DNA of 64,000 nt, taken from NCBI GenBank assembly GCA_977016875.1, contig CDRNST010000370.1:62001-126000 (forward strand). The letters run 5' to 3'. A program made the translations under genes and the position numbers. Each line of letters opens with the position of its first letter. Within the stretch, counting starts at the first letter, position 1. This DNA is from Pavona decussata. Its lineage: Eukaryota. Positions 11,336-23,119 of the stretch are shown here, one piece after another. The notes under the pieces were generated by a model. The model saw nothing but the letters and a program-made list of their open reading frames with translations, ran no database searches and had not been told where the DNA came from.

Positions 11336-14300
11336 GTTTTGTTTTGCTTTTTGGTTCAAATAATTCAAACATGTGGAAATTACGCTTAATAAGAGAGAGA
11401 ACGAAAACGCATTAGTAAGTTAGAACAGGACTGTACGAGTTTGTAATACGACGTTCTTCTGTTCATAACTTCATTACGTCTCCTTTCCTTAGATGCTGTC
11501 GTTGTATGTATTGTTTATAATGACATCAAGCAATGGGTTCCGGATGAAAAGCATGTCGAATTAGAAGGGTGAGTTGATTTGAGTACATGTATAACGTAGA
11601 CGTTTTGCAGTACACGATTAACGAAGAGAGGGTGTATCTATCAAGTCACTTCAAGTTTATTCAACTTACACAAACACGTTATTACAAAAATGTGAGAATA
11701 ATTTTCAACTTAAATTTCTTTCCCTGCCCCCTTTTACTTTCGAGAGTTTACTGACGCGTCTGCCAAAGTAGATTATGTATGCACATACACGTTAAATACA
11801 TGTATTTCGAGTGTATTGGTCACAAGAAATGTATAGTTTTTGAGCCATGTCGACGCAGTTCTGAATGGTCCTTTATTTTGGATATTAGCTACTTGCATGG
11901 CAAAGTGGGACGATGAAACATATGCTGAGAGGTTTGCTCTTGAGTCTCGAAAGTAGTTTCGGTGTAATTTTGCGCTTGCTTAGCTTTTGTTTTATTACGC
12001 CTTGCAATTCAGTGATTAAAACATAATTCGCACCAATTTCTCATCCAATTTGAAATTACTACCGTGTTTCGATGATGCGTTTAACAATACTTCATTGAAA
12101 CCAGTCTAAAATAGCCGGAAAACTAATGTCATTAGCGTCAAATGGCATGTAAATATTGCTTAACGAGCGTACTTAGGAAGAGTACTATTCCCATCAATCC
12201 AAACATGTACACTTGGTTGAAGTGGCGTAAGCGTCTGATTTCAATTTTTTAATTATTTAGTACACCCAGGGGGGACAACTCGAGTAGAGTAACTATATCA
12301 AAATGCTGGATTTTATCGACACTTCATTAAAACTATCATCTTACTTTAAGTTCTATTGTCCAATGCCTTTGAATTCTTCCCCTTCTTTGCCTATATATAT
12401 CCCCGTTTCCTTTCAATGTTGTCTTCTGAAAACCCCTAAGAAAAACTGGTATATTGACGTGATTTTCAAAATGGCGGCTAGGCAGTGGATACGTAGAATA
12501 AGGAAAGGAAATCAAAACACAGGACAACAGATTAGACGGTAAGGTGATAAATTTATTCAAGTGCTGAAAAAATTGGCTTTTTTCTCCAGACAAGTCAACT
12601 CCACTAATCGACCTCTATGTTTACCATGGTTCGTGTTTGTTACATGTAAGGTAACTAGTAACCACTTTGTCTTAAAGCAAAACGTTAACCAACCTCGAGT
12701 TACGAAGCCGCATAATTGCCGGAAGAGTGGAGCCCCCACCAGTTGGTATTCTAAAAGAGAACGTCACAATCTTGTTCAGTTACGACAAGGTATGTTCACA
12801 TAAGCCTGGTTTCCAGGGCTACAACCGCTGAAAAAAAAATGGAGCAATCGTGTACAATGCGATCGCTGTCTGGTTTCCATATGATCGCTACGATCACTGA
12901 AATCACAAACCAGTGATCGCGTAGACATGGGCTTCACCAGAAAGCTGTTCGCGACTCCGGTTCGCGCCAGACTCGATTCAAAATGGCATCAGTGAATCGG
13001 CGATTCATGTTCGAAGCTTGTTATTTTCTTGTCTTTGTGCTGCTAATTAAACGGAGCAGGCAAAGAAGAAAAAAAAAGAAAACACAGATTTGGGTTTGCA
13101 AGAATTGGACTTCTTTCGTAAAAGTTGTCATGCATGGTGGCCACCTTTGTGTTGTTTGTAATCTTGGAAAGGTTGGAGCCGCAAGCCGTAGTCCATTCTG
13201 GAATTGTTTCTGTCGCTACGAGTGGTTTCATATGGTCAATACGATCGCTGATATTAAACTGAAGTCTATCTCAGCGATTGTGGTAGCTTTGATTGCTGGA
13301 GAGTGGTTTTTAAATAATCACTACGATCGCTTATTTCTTTTTATTATTTGACTTTTCCTTCCTTTACCTTTTCGTCTTTCTGCGTACCCTCTTGAGAAAT
13401 ATCTTTGTCTAAGGAAAGCGCGAAAGGATGTTTCATTGCAAGTTTGAATTGTTTTTTAATTTCCAATCTTTAGGGATCAAAGGAGGAAACCACGCCGCAT
13501 TGTGTATTCTGGAACTTTTCTATCAAGTAAGAATAGTAGAGGCACTTAGCGACTGCAATTTCTTGTGGAGTGTACTCGCTTTTATTCAGTTAGTATTTAA
13601 GATTAAATTTGAATCTACAGATGCCCTAAGCCTAGTTAATCAGAAATAAATGTGATACAATTTTGTTATAACACATATTAATGTTGGAAGTGCAAGGTGA
13701 TCCTAATAATTTGTTTAAACGATAATTCACTTCTTTTTTTAATTTTGTATCATAAGAAGTTACCATGAATTCTTTCTTACCTTCTACTTTTGTTACAGAA
13801 ACTTTTATATTTTTAGTTAATGTTAGTGTTGCCTTAGTTGTTTTGATTACTTTTCGTTTAGTTTTGTGACTCTCCTTGAATTGTGGTTGGCTGAATCCCG
13901 GCCCTAAAGACGAAAAAAATCCCGGTCTAGATTGGGCTAAGGGGTCTTACTTTCTTAACGTTGCAGGTCTGAACTGAACGGGTCTTGGTCTAGCAAAGGA
14001 TGCTCGCTGGTGAAAATAGTCAACAATGAAATTACCTGCTCCTGTAATCATCTTACTAACTTTGCTGTTCTGATGCAAGTTGGAGGAAACAAGGTTTAAA
14101 CGTATAAGCAATTAAAAAAATTTAAAAGCGATTAAATTAGAATGTTAGACCAGTTTATTGGTTACAACGGGTTATTAACAATCACATTAGCAATTCGAAT
14201 ATTATAAGGAATAGAAGCTATTAAGGATGAACTAAATTTGCTTCGTCCTAAGTCAACAGATATCTGGTGATAAAAAAAAGACGTAATTTCGTCTGATGGG

Positions 14301-17300
14301 GAGAGCAAATAGCAAAATAAGGATCGTCTCCATATTTTCTTCAATAAAAACTATACTTTGTTATCAATGTGTTGGATAATAAAACAATTGTCCTGTTAAA
14401 TCTTGCGGAATATCCCCTGATTTTAGCCAACTCGGCCTACGGCTTCGTCGGCTAAGTATCAGGTGATACTCCGCGCGATTTCGCGGGATAATTGCTAAAT
14501 GTCACCTTGCAAGTAAGCAATTCGCTAGACGCAAGTTGGCAATTTAACCGATTTTGTAGCCTGATTTGTCCCAGATCGTCGAGACATTGACAAAAGCTGT
14601 TCACAATAATCAACTCTTCTCCTATAGACAAAACTGCTCATGCAGTTTCTCTAATTATTGGTAAGAGGAAAGAAAGCAGCTGTCGATCGTACCAGAATTT
14701 GTACTGACTAAACGTTCTGAAATCGTTTATCTTTATAGGAATTTTCTCCAGACCACAAGGTGGTGCTGCAGATGATCACTTACATTGGTTGTGCCCTTTC
14801 ACTCATTGGGGAAGTGCTTACTTTAATAACATATTGCGTCCTCATGTGAGTTTAGTGGATAATATGCTCCACGCCATCTTATAACCACCCGTCAAAAGGC
14901 CCTGAATTATTATGCATGTGCATAACTTCGGTCAGAGCAAACGCTAATAGTCATTTTCTTGCCTATAAACCTATTAATTCGACTACTCAGTTCATAGGTG
15001 TTGCTTGAGGAAATTGTTTCGACGTCCAGTTAACTATTTTTCCTCTGGTGATGATGGTGGGTAGGGCCGGTGTAAACCTATGCCATGAATTTCAATTTAC
15101 AGTTACGAACGAGCAGAATAGAAAATGATTCCATGTGACCGGCTTTAACATGTTCTAAATAAAACTGCTCGTCGCTTTCACTTTAAATTCACTTGATATC
15201 GTTCCAAAGGTTGCCTTAGTTCTTTTCCTGCATGGAAAAAAGTAATTATATATAAATAAATAAAGGAAATCTTTGTGACAAGCCTCGTTAACAGAGTGTG
15301 CCCGATGGCGTTTTCGTTAATATGTTTCCTTTGGACAAAACATGCAGCTCTGCAGCAAACTACAGCTAAATGACTTTCATTCACAGACCTTACGAATTGA
15401 TGAATGTTTATGTTAGAGTCCAATAACATGTTTTAATCACATTCAGGGATCTAAAGCAGGAGCAGATTCAAATACGCCTTAATCTCGTGGTTACCATAGC
15501 GATCGCACAAATTGCATTCCTTTCCGGAATTGATGCGACTGAAACAACGGTAAGCCATGTCAAATTTTCCTAAATAAGATCTATGGTATTTTTGTGCTTT
15601 CTGTCAACCGAAGATGCATTTGTCATCCTAAAATAAAAAGGTTTTTGAGAGTTCATGGGAATAATGATAAAAAATATATCACGGCTACGTGAAATGACTC
15701 GGATTAAGTTTGAATGGGTCTTGCACTTAGAGTTTGGTTGAAATCTTTTGATTGCCATCCACTGTTCTTCGTCTGCCGCCTGTCTATCTCTTTTGTTCCG
15801 CCATGCAAGAACTTCATGCCATTTCGGCGTCATTTACTTATTCCTTGCACCATTCACCATCCGCCAATCGCCTTTCACCATCAGTCGGCTGCTGTTCGTG
15901 CTTCACAGTGATTTGAAGTTTTAGGATAGTTTCTGAAAGCTAAAAATGCGATCCAATACCTTTTTACAAGAATCCTTGGGCTTTTAATTTGAAGTTCCTG
16001 TAGTTCCTGAACGAAAAAACTAATTAATAATGCATTGTTGTCTTGTACAGGGTGTGTGTGTCTTCGTGGCAGCATTAATTCATTTTTTCTATCTGGTTGG
16101 ATTTGCCTGGATGTTGGTTGAAGGAATTTATTTGTATCTGATGGTGGTCAAAGTATTCAATACCGCGGTCAAAATGTGGCTATTCTATGCAGCTTCTTGG
16201 GGTAAGTGTCATGCACCTTTTTGAGTGATATAAAATGGCGCACTTTTGTTTAAATAAACTGAAGCCAACTCAGTTATTTGAATAGAATTGAAAGATTCGC
16301 GTATTTCGAGCCCAAAGTGTAATCCAAAGCGTTTGAGGAATACACAGAAAAAATGTTACTGTGTATAATTTGATTCAAATGTAGTTCACTGTAATACCAC
16401 ACATTTTTTGTCTTTCCATGGAGTTGCAGAAACAGGAGTAGAAGTTTCAGAGAATGAGAAATGTTTCCAGTTGTCATCCATATATATCCCTCAAGAAACA
16501 GCTATAGCAAAAGTAATTGTGTTTCCATAGAGTTTTAAGCAGTAGATACACTGGCGTGTCTAAAAATGTTCTAATCTGTTCGGCCACACTTCGCACCTTC
16601 CATTCCGTGATAAACAGGGAATGGCCCCTCACTTTGCCCACTTTCAAATTTCGAAATAACAATGTAATAAAGCGAAGTCGAACTTTTATTATCTGGTTTA
16701 ACGAGTTATGCTAAGGCAATTAACGCTCTTGCTTGTTAATGCATGATAGTCGGTTCGAACAGAGTCTCCATCAACAAAACGTATTACGCGAAAAAAATCC
16801 CAATCTCCCTTTCTTTGCAAGGACTTGACGTGTTTCTGATCCTGAGAAAAGGGTCCGGAAATTCATATCCATTAGTATCTCTCGTTTATTCATTCTTCTT
16901 CTCTCTCACCAAAGGCCTCCCTGTTGTGATTGTGGTGCTATCAATTGGGATTGCCTCCAGTCAAGATGGCGGTGTACACAGCTATGTACATGGCGACTAG
17001 TGAGTGAATTATCCATTTTTCACTTCACAAGTATCTACTAAAGTCTGTCCAAATTTTGTTCACGTTTTAAATAGTAATTTAGGAAGGAAAAAATATTAAA
17101 AGTAAAGTAAACTTTATTTATCCAGGGTGGTCCCTTCAGTTGCATGGCCGTTTTACAGAGGGGCCCTGGTAGTAAAATGGGACAATAAATATAAATATAA
17201 ATTAATTTAAATAGTAAGAAAAACTGACTTGTGCTGTCTCACGTGGAAATGTTAGAAATGGTGGGTTTTGATAAAAAAAATTTTGTTTTTTATTTTTTGA

Positions 17301-20300
17301 AAAAGCTTTCATTTTTTTTTAACAACAAAGCCATCAAGGACGTTCAAGCCGGTTGAAAAACAAACTCTACGGAAAATTAGCGTTTTCCATTAAAACGCTC
17401 ACTATCTTGTTCAAATCCGGCAAAGGCTATTTGTGACCATCCCTCCTTCCCCTAAAGTGAAAGTGACCTTTTCTACATCTTCAGTATTTTGTATTGGATT
17501 CAACGCTGTCAATGACCTTTTTTTTCTGTAGTTGCTGGGTTTCCTTCACTAATAACCTTGTCTGGACCTTCGTTGCACCTGTTCTTGTAGTATGCCTGGT
17601 AAGAATTTTTATTCCAAGCGCAGGTTGATTATTAGCGACTTCTTGCTTTTGGTTACTGATCATAACTATTTACAGGCTGAGAATGATGTATTAATCAGTA
17701 AATGACACAAGCATACTGGGACAAAATCTGAGTGCTCCTTTCATGAGCCGAACCTAAGACCCTCTGATTACTAGTTTGGATGCTCTACCACTGAGCTACA
17801 AGAGACTAGTGGGAGCTAAGGCCATAAAGCTAGGTTTATGGGACAAACATATTTACAGGCTATTTGTTACTTAGGAAATAACTTAACTCCCCTATATTTC
17901 GACATGCTTGTAATGCCGACGTCCCAGGTTCGCCTCCCGCTCTAACCACTCCTACTACAACTACTGCTACTACTACAACAAAAACTACTACAGNNNNNNN
18001 NNNNNNNNNNNNNNNNNNNNNNNNNNNNNNNNNNNNNNNNNNNNNNNNNNNNNNNNNNNNNNNNNNNNNNNNNNNNNNNNNNNNNNNNNNNNNNNNNNNN
18101 NNNNNNNNNNNNNNNNNNNNNNNNNNNNNNNNNNNNNNNNNNNNNNNNNNNNNNNNNNNNNNNNNNNNNNNNNNNNNNNNNNNNNNNNNNNNNNNNNNNN
18201 NNNNNNNNNNNNNNNNNNTGGCATTGGAGGACAATTTTACAATCTAATTAAAACTCTTTATTGTAATTCTTCCTGTTCTATAAGAATATAAGAGACAACA
18301 AAACACGATCTTTCTCGTACTCCAGGGGTGTCCGTCAAGGGTGTATTCTAAGTCCTCTGTTATTCAACTTTTATATTAACAATCTGCCATATTCATTTCA
18401 AAACGCGCTTTCTGATCCATTTGTCCTCCCAAATGGAACGAAAATAAACTCACTTCTGTATGCTGATGATTTAATCATTCTGTCGAGATCCAAAACAGGA
18501 TTGCAAAACTGTTTAAATACGCTATCTTCTTACTGCAAATCATGGATGCTAAAAATCAATCCTAAGAAGACGAAAGTAATGATCTTTCAGAAACGCTCAA
18601 AGAAATCCGTTGACATTAATTTTAAAATAGACACCGAACCTGTTGAAATTGTTCAGGAATACACTTATTTAGGAACTCGTATAACCCCAACAGGAAATTT
18701 CACTCTTGCGTTAGATCACTTAAAAGAAAAGGCCATGCACGCCTTCTCTAACATCCAAAAACACACACTCCTCAGTAAACTAAATCCCAACACAGCATCT
18801 CAGATCTCCGACACGATGATATTCTCGATCTTAAGCTATAACAGTGAGGTTTGGGGTATGTAAACGAAGCAGGAGTTCAAAACATGGGATAATTCCCCAT
18901 TAGAAAAAGTACATTTAAAGTTTTGCAAACGCTATTTGGAGGTAAACAACAAAGCCTCTAACCTAGCATGTAGGGCTGAGTTAGGGCGATATCCATTACC
19001 TATTGCAATAGACCAAAAAATTATGAAATACTTTGTTTACCTAAACAATAAGGAGAATGACTCTATCGTTAAGCAATCTTTTCTGATGTCAAAACATTTA
19101 CACTCCATTAATAATTCCGGTTTTTACTCCAATTTTATGGGCATGTTAGAAAAATACTATTCATCTGATCTAAATCCTGAAAATTTTAGTAATGAGACAA
19201 TAAGGCAAATTGAAACTAATATGAAAAACAAGTATCTACGTTTCTGGCAACACAACCTTGAACACTCAAAAAAGTTAGAGTTCTATAAGGTTTTCAAGAA
19301 TGAATACTCTTCGTCTAATTAATTAACTCATTTAAGAAATTTTCCTGATAGACGAAACCTAGTTAAGTTTAAATTAAGTAACCACAAACTCAGAATTGAA
19401 GCTGGTAGATATCAGAAAGATCATCTTCCTAGAGAGTTAAGATTATGTCAGTTGTGTCAATCAAATCAAGTGGAAAATGAAACTCATTTCTTGTTTCAAT
19501 GTAGTTGCTACTCTTTACAGAGGCAGACATTCTATGAAGACATAAGTAAAATGATACCTGATATTCAAACGAAATCGACATCAGACATTGTGAAACTACT
19601 GATGAACTCTAAAGACTATAATGTAAACAAACTGGTCATGAAGTTTATTTCTTCATGTATGATTATACGTGACAGGCTATTATTGGATATTGATGATGTA
19701 ACTTAGAATTAATTATATATTGTTATGATACTTTACACTTTTTTGTTAGTAATTAGATTATATAAGCTTTTGCAATACTGTAAATCTTGTGGNNNNNNNN
19801 NNNNNNNNNNNNNNNNNNNNNNNNNNNNNNNNNNNNNNNNNNNNNNNNNNNNNNNNNNNNNNNNNNNNNNNNNNNNNNNNNNNNNNNNNNNNNNNNNNNN
19901 NNNNNNNNNNNNNNNNNNNNNNNNNNNNNNNNNNNCCGGTAGCAGTAGTAGTAGTAGTAGTAATTGTTGTTGTTGTTGTTGTTGTTATTGTTTTTGTTGT
20001 TGTAGGAGCAGAAGTAGGGGTAGTAACTTCCCTACACCGTACACTACGTTGGACACTCTTACTACGTGTTCTCATATATATATGCATTGGAGACCCAAGC
20101 GAGGCCATTAACTAAGTTTAACATATGATATGTCTGCTCCCTAACCCTTAACAATAATGACAATTTCAAGCAATTAAAATATCTGTCAGTGTTTCCCTTG
20201 AAGCACATTTTGACTTTTTTTTATAACTATTCCCAGATAAATGCCGTGATCCTTGCTTGTGTGGTCCGTGAAATCCTCAAAATGCAAAGTGCTAAAACAT

Positions 20301-23031
20301 CGGAGCTGAAAAGAATAAGACAAGGTGCCAAGGCATGCGTAGTTCTCTTCCCTCTTCTTGGAATGACCTGGGTGTTTGGTATTCTGAGCGTGACGGATGC
20401 TGGTCTCGTCTTTCAGTACATCTTCACCATTCTCAACTCGCTACAGGTACCGTACCATAACTCTCTCAGCCACCTATAAAATTTAAACTCAATAGAAATT
20501 TCTTTATGTTATGGGGGTGCTAACCAAAAAATTCATGTCTCGATAAAGGAAAAACAGAGAGAGTTATTTAGAGTTTGAGGGAGAGGTATTCTGAATCATG
20601 AATTTTAGCAAAACTCAAAAATTCTACTGCATGATATTTCAGATTCTTTGTTCATTGCTCGTAGTCACGCGCTATATGACGTTGGAAAACATATGAATTT
20701 GGGGCCATCCAGAGTCATTACCATGTGCTTTTAGTAAACAACTGACCTTCGCGTTAGTTGATCACTCTACTAGCCTCTTTGCTGCTACACGTGATGACGA
20801 GAGCCAGCTAGCTTGAAACAGCTGTCCATGGTTGATTCTCGGTTTGGTCTCCATCATGTCACTGGCGTCAGTTATATTTCCTTTATATTTACTGCATGAA
20901 AGTTTCACGAAAATGATAGGATAGGATAGGATAGGATAGGATAGGATAGGATAGGATAGGATAGGATAGGATAGGATAGGATAGGATAGGATAGGGTGAC
21001 TTTATTTAAACATGATATAGCCTGCGAGCAAGCTCTCTTGGGGGTGGGCGGCGGGAGGGGGAAAGAGGAGAGAGCTTGCAACGATGTCTCAGGAATTTGA
21101 ATGCCGCCCGCAATACTCCCCGCGGCTCCCTGCTGTCCTAGCTGTCAGAATTTGGCCAATCAGCGCAAACCGGAAACGATAGCAAACGTAAACAAACATG
21201 TGAAAGGTACAATGTTATCAGATACACCTCGAAAGACGGGAATCCTTGCTGACAAAAACTATACTTTCTCTGATCGAGTATGCCTACCGAGTGCCACAAA
21301 AATCAGAAAATTTAGTGAAGGATTTTACTTAATTGTGAGCACACTAAAACCCGATTGACCAAAAGGTCGAGGTCACAAATGTCGTCCCAAGGGTCAAGCG
21401 CCATCTTGCCAACTGCACTGCAGTGTCAACGCCACAAAACTACTGGACATAAAAAAAATGTCGAAAACTTGACACGGTCCAGCCAGGGAAAAAGAAGCAG
21501 TGCAAGGAAATCGGAAGGATCTCAATTTTGCAGCTGGGTCTCCGAGGACAAGGACGCAATTCTCAATATCGACAATGTGGTTTCATTGGAACACTCAACT
21601 CGTGTGAAATTTGTGATGTTGTGAACGAGTAACCAAGCAGACGTGAGAGTGCCAGATCAAAAGGAAATCATTGCGCTTCTAAAGAACGTTGCCCTAAAAA
21701 ACTGGCAGTCCGCTGTTAACGCCGTACCGAAGCACTCGGAATTGAGTCAATGTATTCAGATAGCTTTAATTTGTGACGTAAGCTGAAAGATGTTCATATT
21801 TTTTATCGGCTGAGCCAAACACCAAACAAAAAGCTTAAATTTGGCCGACCTTGACTCTCCATCTGAAATATCGGCAATCAAAGCGGCGGGCATCCCCATT
21901 CTTCTTGCTTCTGCGATCAAGTAATCGATAATGATACTTTGCAATGGGCAAACAACTAAACATTGTTTGATGCAAAAGGTTGAAATATCAAACTTGTCCC
22001 AAATCTCGTAGGTAAAACTGCAAAAACATCGCTACTTTGAAGTAAAGCATTGGCAGCTTGACTTTGCTCGGGTTTTAATTCCAGAGAAAACCTAAGTTAT
22101 TTAGAGAAATTCTCGCAACCTTCACAAATAAAAACTCCGCCACCATTTTTGTGTTGTCAACACAACGCACGCGAAGAGCAATGATGTAAGCACCAAATTC
22201 AATATCCACCAATCAGTATTTTGCGTTGAAAAATTCAACGCAGAAATGAAAATTCCTGAGACATCGTTGCAAGCTCTCTCCTCTTTCCCCCCACCCCCAA
22301 GAGAGCTTGCTTGCAGGCTAAACATGATATTTCCTTCAGGCTTATTAACAACTATCTACCTAACAATAATTTAAAAATATATGGAAGAAGTGTTTAAAAT
22401 CTTACTTAAGATTTACTTGAAACTGTACCCACTCAATTTAGTCTTAAAATTGTACTTTGTTCAAAGAAGTCCGCTCGTCGTACTTCTGATTAAGAGTAGA
22501 CTATTCCACAACTAAGACCCGATGTATATACGTTATCATTATAATTTTATTTTTCCACAATAGTTTAAGTCTTAATTGCTGATAAACTAGCTTATTCAAG
22601 GTGGTCTAAATTACACATTCTGGTACCTAAAAGCAAGACTTTTAAAGATAGACGCAGCACAGATTGGGAATTAATTGAGACATTATTACAACATTTGTTA
22701 TCAAAACCTTGGGGATATAGACACAATATAATGTATTTCTTTTGTTATTTTCCCTCAGGGCTTTTTCATTTTCATACTGCACGTTCTGAAAAATAGCGAA
22801 GTACGCGCAGAATTCGACCGCAAAAAACAAAAGTGGAAAACCTCGAGAAGCGTTGGGTCTTCCCAAGAAACTCGCCAACCATCAAGCGACATATCGACAA
22901 ACAAATGGATAAACAGTGACACATACGAGCTGGACAACAAACAAAATGAAGCCGCATACCTGCCAGAGAGTGATGACCACTCTCCAGTTGTTTTGCGTCA
23001 GCATAAAAACATAACTCCTGTAGACACGTGA
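741..23031 (+). CDS. Gene A: adhesion GPCR with one C-type-lectin-like domain, Ser/Thr stalk, GAIN/GPS and 7TM (~838 aa, 18 exons)
   Basis: GT-AG exons with consistent phases: 741-810, 5766-5958, 6038-6207, 6890(or 6896)-7248, 9612-9671, 10142-10313, 11114-11242, 11493-11568, 12678-12789, 13474-13526, 13967-14093, 14739-14845, 15447-15549, 16051-16201, 16915-16999, 17532-17598, 20237-20446, 22759-23031(TGA). They sum to 2517 nt with an open frame. Motifs: signal peptide [49 protein letters not shown]|[36 protein letters not shown]. Confidence 0.92.
2660..4430. mobile_element. Non-autonomous AcademH-like DNA transposon
   Basis: TIRs of ~80 bp (CAACCT(T/C)GTTCCCAGGGTC...CACGTGTCTC) and an exact 10-bp direct repeat GAACATGTAG at 2650-2659 and 4431-4440. 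Internal frameshifted RecQ-like fragments ([10 protein letters not shown]; [14 protein letters not shown], ~2900-3070). Confidence 0.75.
3143..3345. mobile_element. Fold-back MITE nested in the 2660-4430 element
   Basis: Imperfect palindrome of ~200 bp (CTGCTAACAGAG...GTTTACGTCCC / GGGACGTAAAC...CTCTGTTAGCAG), flanked by TGAAGCAAC / TGCAGCAAC. Confidence 0.65.
5292..5457. repeat. Near-perfect 80-bp tandem duplication
   Basis: CACCAGGCTTAAAACAT...GTTAATTAAAAA starts at both 5301 and 5381. Confidence 0.9.
5766..6207 (+). other. Gene A C-type-lectin-like module (two exons, phases 1-2-1)
   Basis: [12 protein letters not shown]...EYWTGLS...FYW...WYCFFI...EPC..RYICGK: WIGL-like motif and the four canonical cysteine positions. 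Confidence 0.8.
7374..9139 (-). mobile_element. Kolobok-like DNA transposon with decayed transposase
   Basis: 27-bp TIR GGTATCAGCCACCCTTCAGGACCGTCC with TTAA on both sides (7370-7373, 9140-9143). Broken minus-strand ORF 8848->8236 reads [43 protein letters not shown], resembling Kolobok transposase N-termini. Confidence 0.75.
12802..13331 (+). mobile_element. Degraded DNA-transposon fragment (Harbinger-like)
   Basis: Repeated TGGTTTCCATATGATCGC / CGATCGCTG motifs, plus a basic RRKKK..IWV peptide resembling a Harbinger nuclease N-terminus. No intact ends. Confidence 0.4.
13967..14093 (+). other. Gene A GPS autoproteolysis exon (HL|T at 14049-14057) and Stachel TNFAVLM
   Basis: [34 protein letters not shown] fits the GPS consensus. 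Confidence 0.93.
14382..14498. repeat. Short hairpin (fold-back) repeat
   Basis: AACAATTGTCC..GCGGAATATCCCCTGA..TAGCC / GGCTAAG..TCAGGTGATACTCCGC..GGATAATTG. Confidence 0.6.
17701..17850 (-). mobile_element. tRNA-derived SINE
   Basis: Minus strand shows an A-box-like TAGCTCAGTGGTAGAGC and a B-box-like GGTTCGGCTC, with no complete cloverleaf. A related copy lies at 50517-50655. Confidence 0.6.
17994..18218. other. Assembly gap (N run)
   Basis: 225 N. Confidence 0.99.
18219..19792 (+). mobile_element. Non-LTR retrotransposon (LINE) ORF2 3' half, inactivated; reverse transcriptase plus C-terminal CCHC motif
   Basis: [18 protein letters not shown]...LLYADDL...[10 protein letters not shown]...YTYLG and [16 protein letters not shown]. 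In-frame stops at 18861-18863 and 19320-19322. Confidence 0.92.
19793..19935. other. Assembly gap (N run)
   Basis: 143 N. Confidence 0.99.
20915..20995. repeat. (GATAG)n microsatellite, ~16 units
   Basis: Read directly from the sequence. Confidence 0.97.
21018..22320. mobile_element. Non-autonomous AcademH-like DNA transposon with a RecQ-like helicase remnant
   Basis: TAG...CTA termini, long TIR (TAGCCTGC.AGCAAGCTCTCTTGGGGGTGGG...CGATGTCTCAGGAATTT) and an exact 9-bp TSD AACATGATA (21009-21017, 22321-22329). Minus strand reads [35 protein letters not shown] (decayed Q-motif and Walker A) and PLQSIIID. Confidence 0.85.
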
Positions 23032-23119
23032 TAGTCACGTGAAGAACGAGTGGATGTAACGTACTGTAGTGATTCCTGAGAGTGCAGTCGAAAGGCTGAG
23101 TGCATAAAGTAATACTATC

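Noticed and set aside
17740-17800. tRNA gene
   Set aside because: A- and B-box-like motifs are present but there is no acceptor stem, and diverged copies recur; better explained as a SINE.
17860-20115. ORF-track entries spanning N runs
   Set aside because: Artefacts of assembly gaps and microsatellites.
22912-22935. ITIM/ITAM-like tyrosine motif (SDTYELD) in the tails
   Set aside because: It does not fit the YxxL/I/V spacing.
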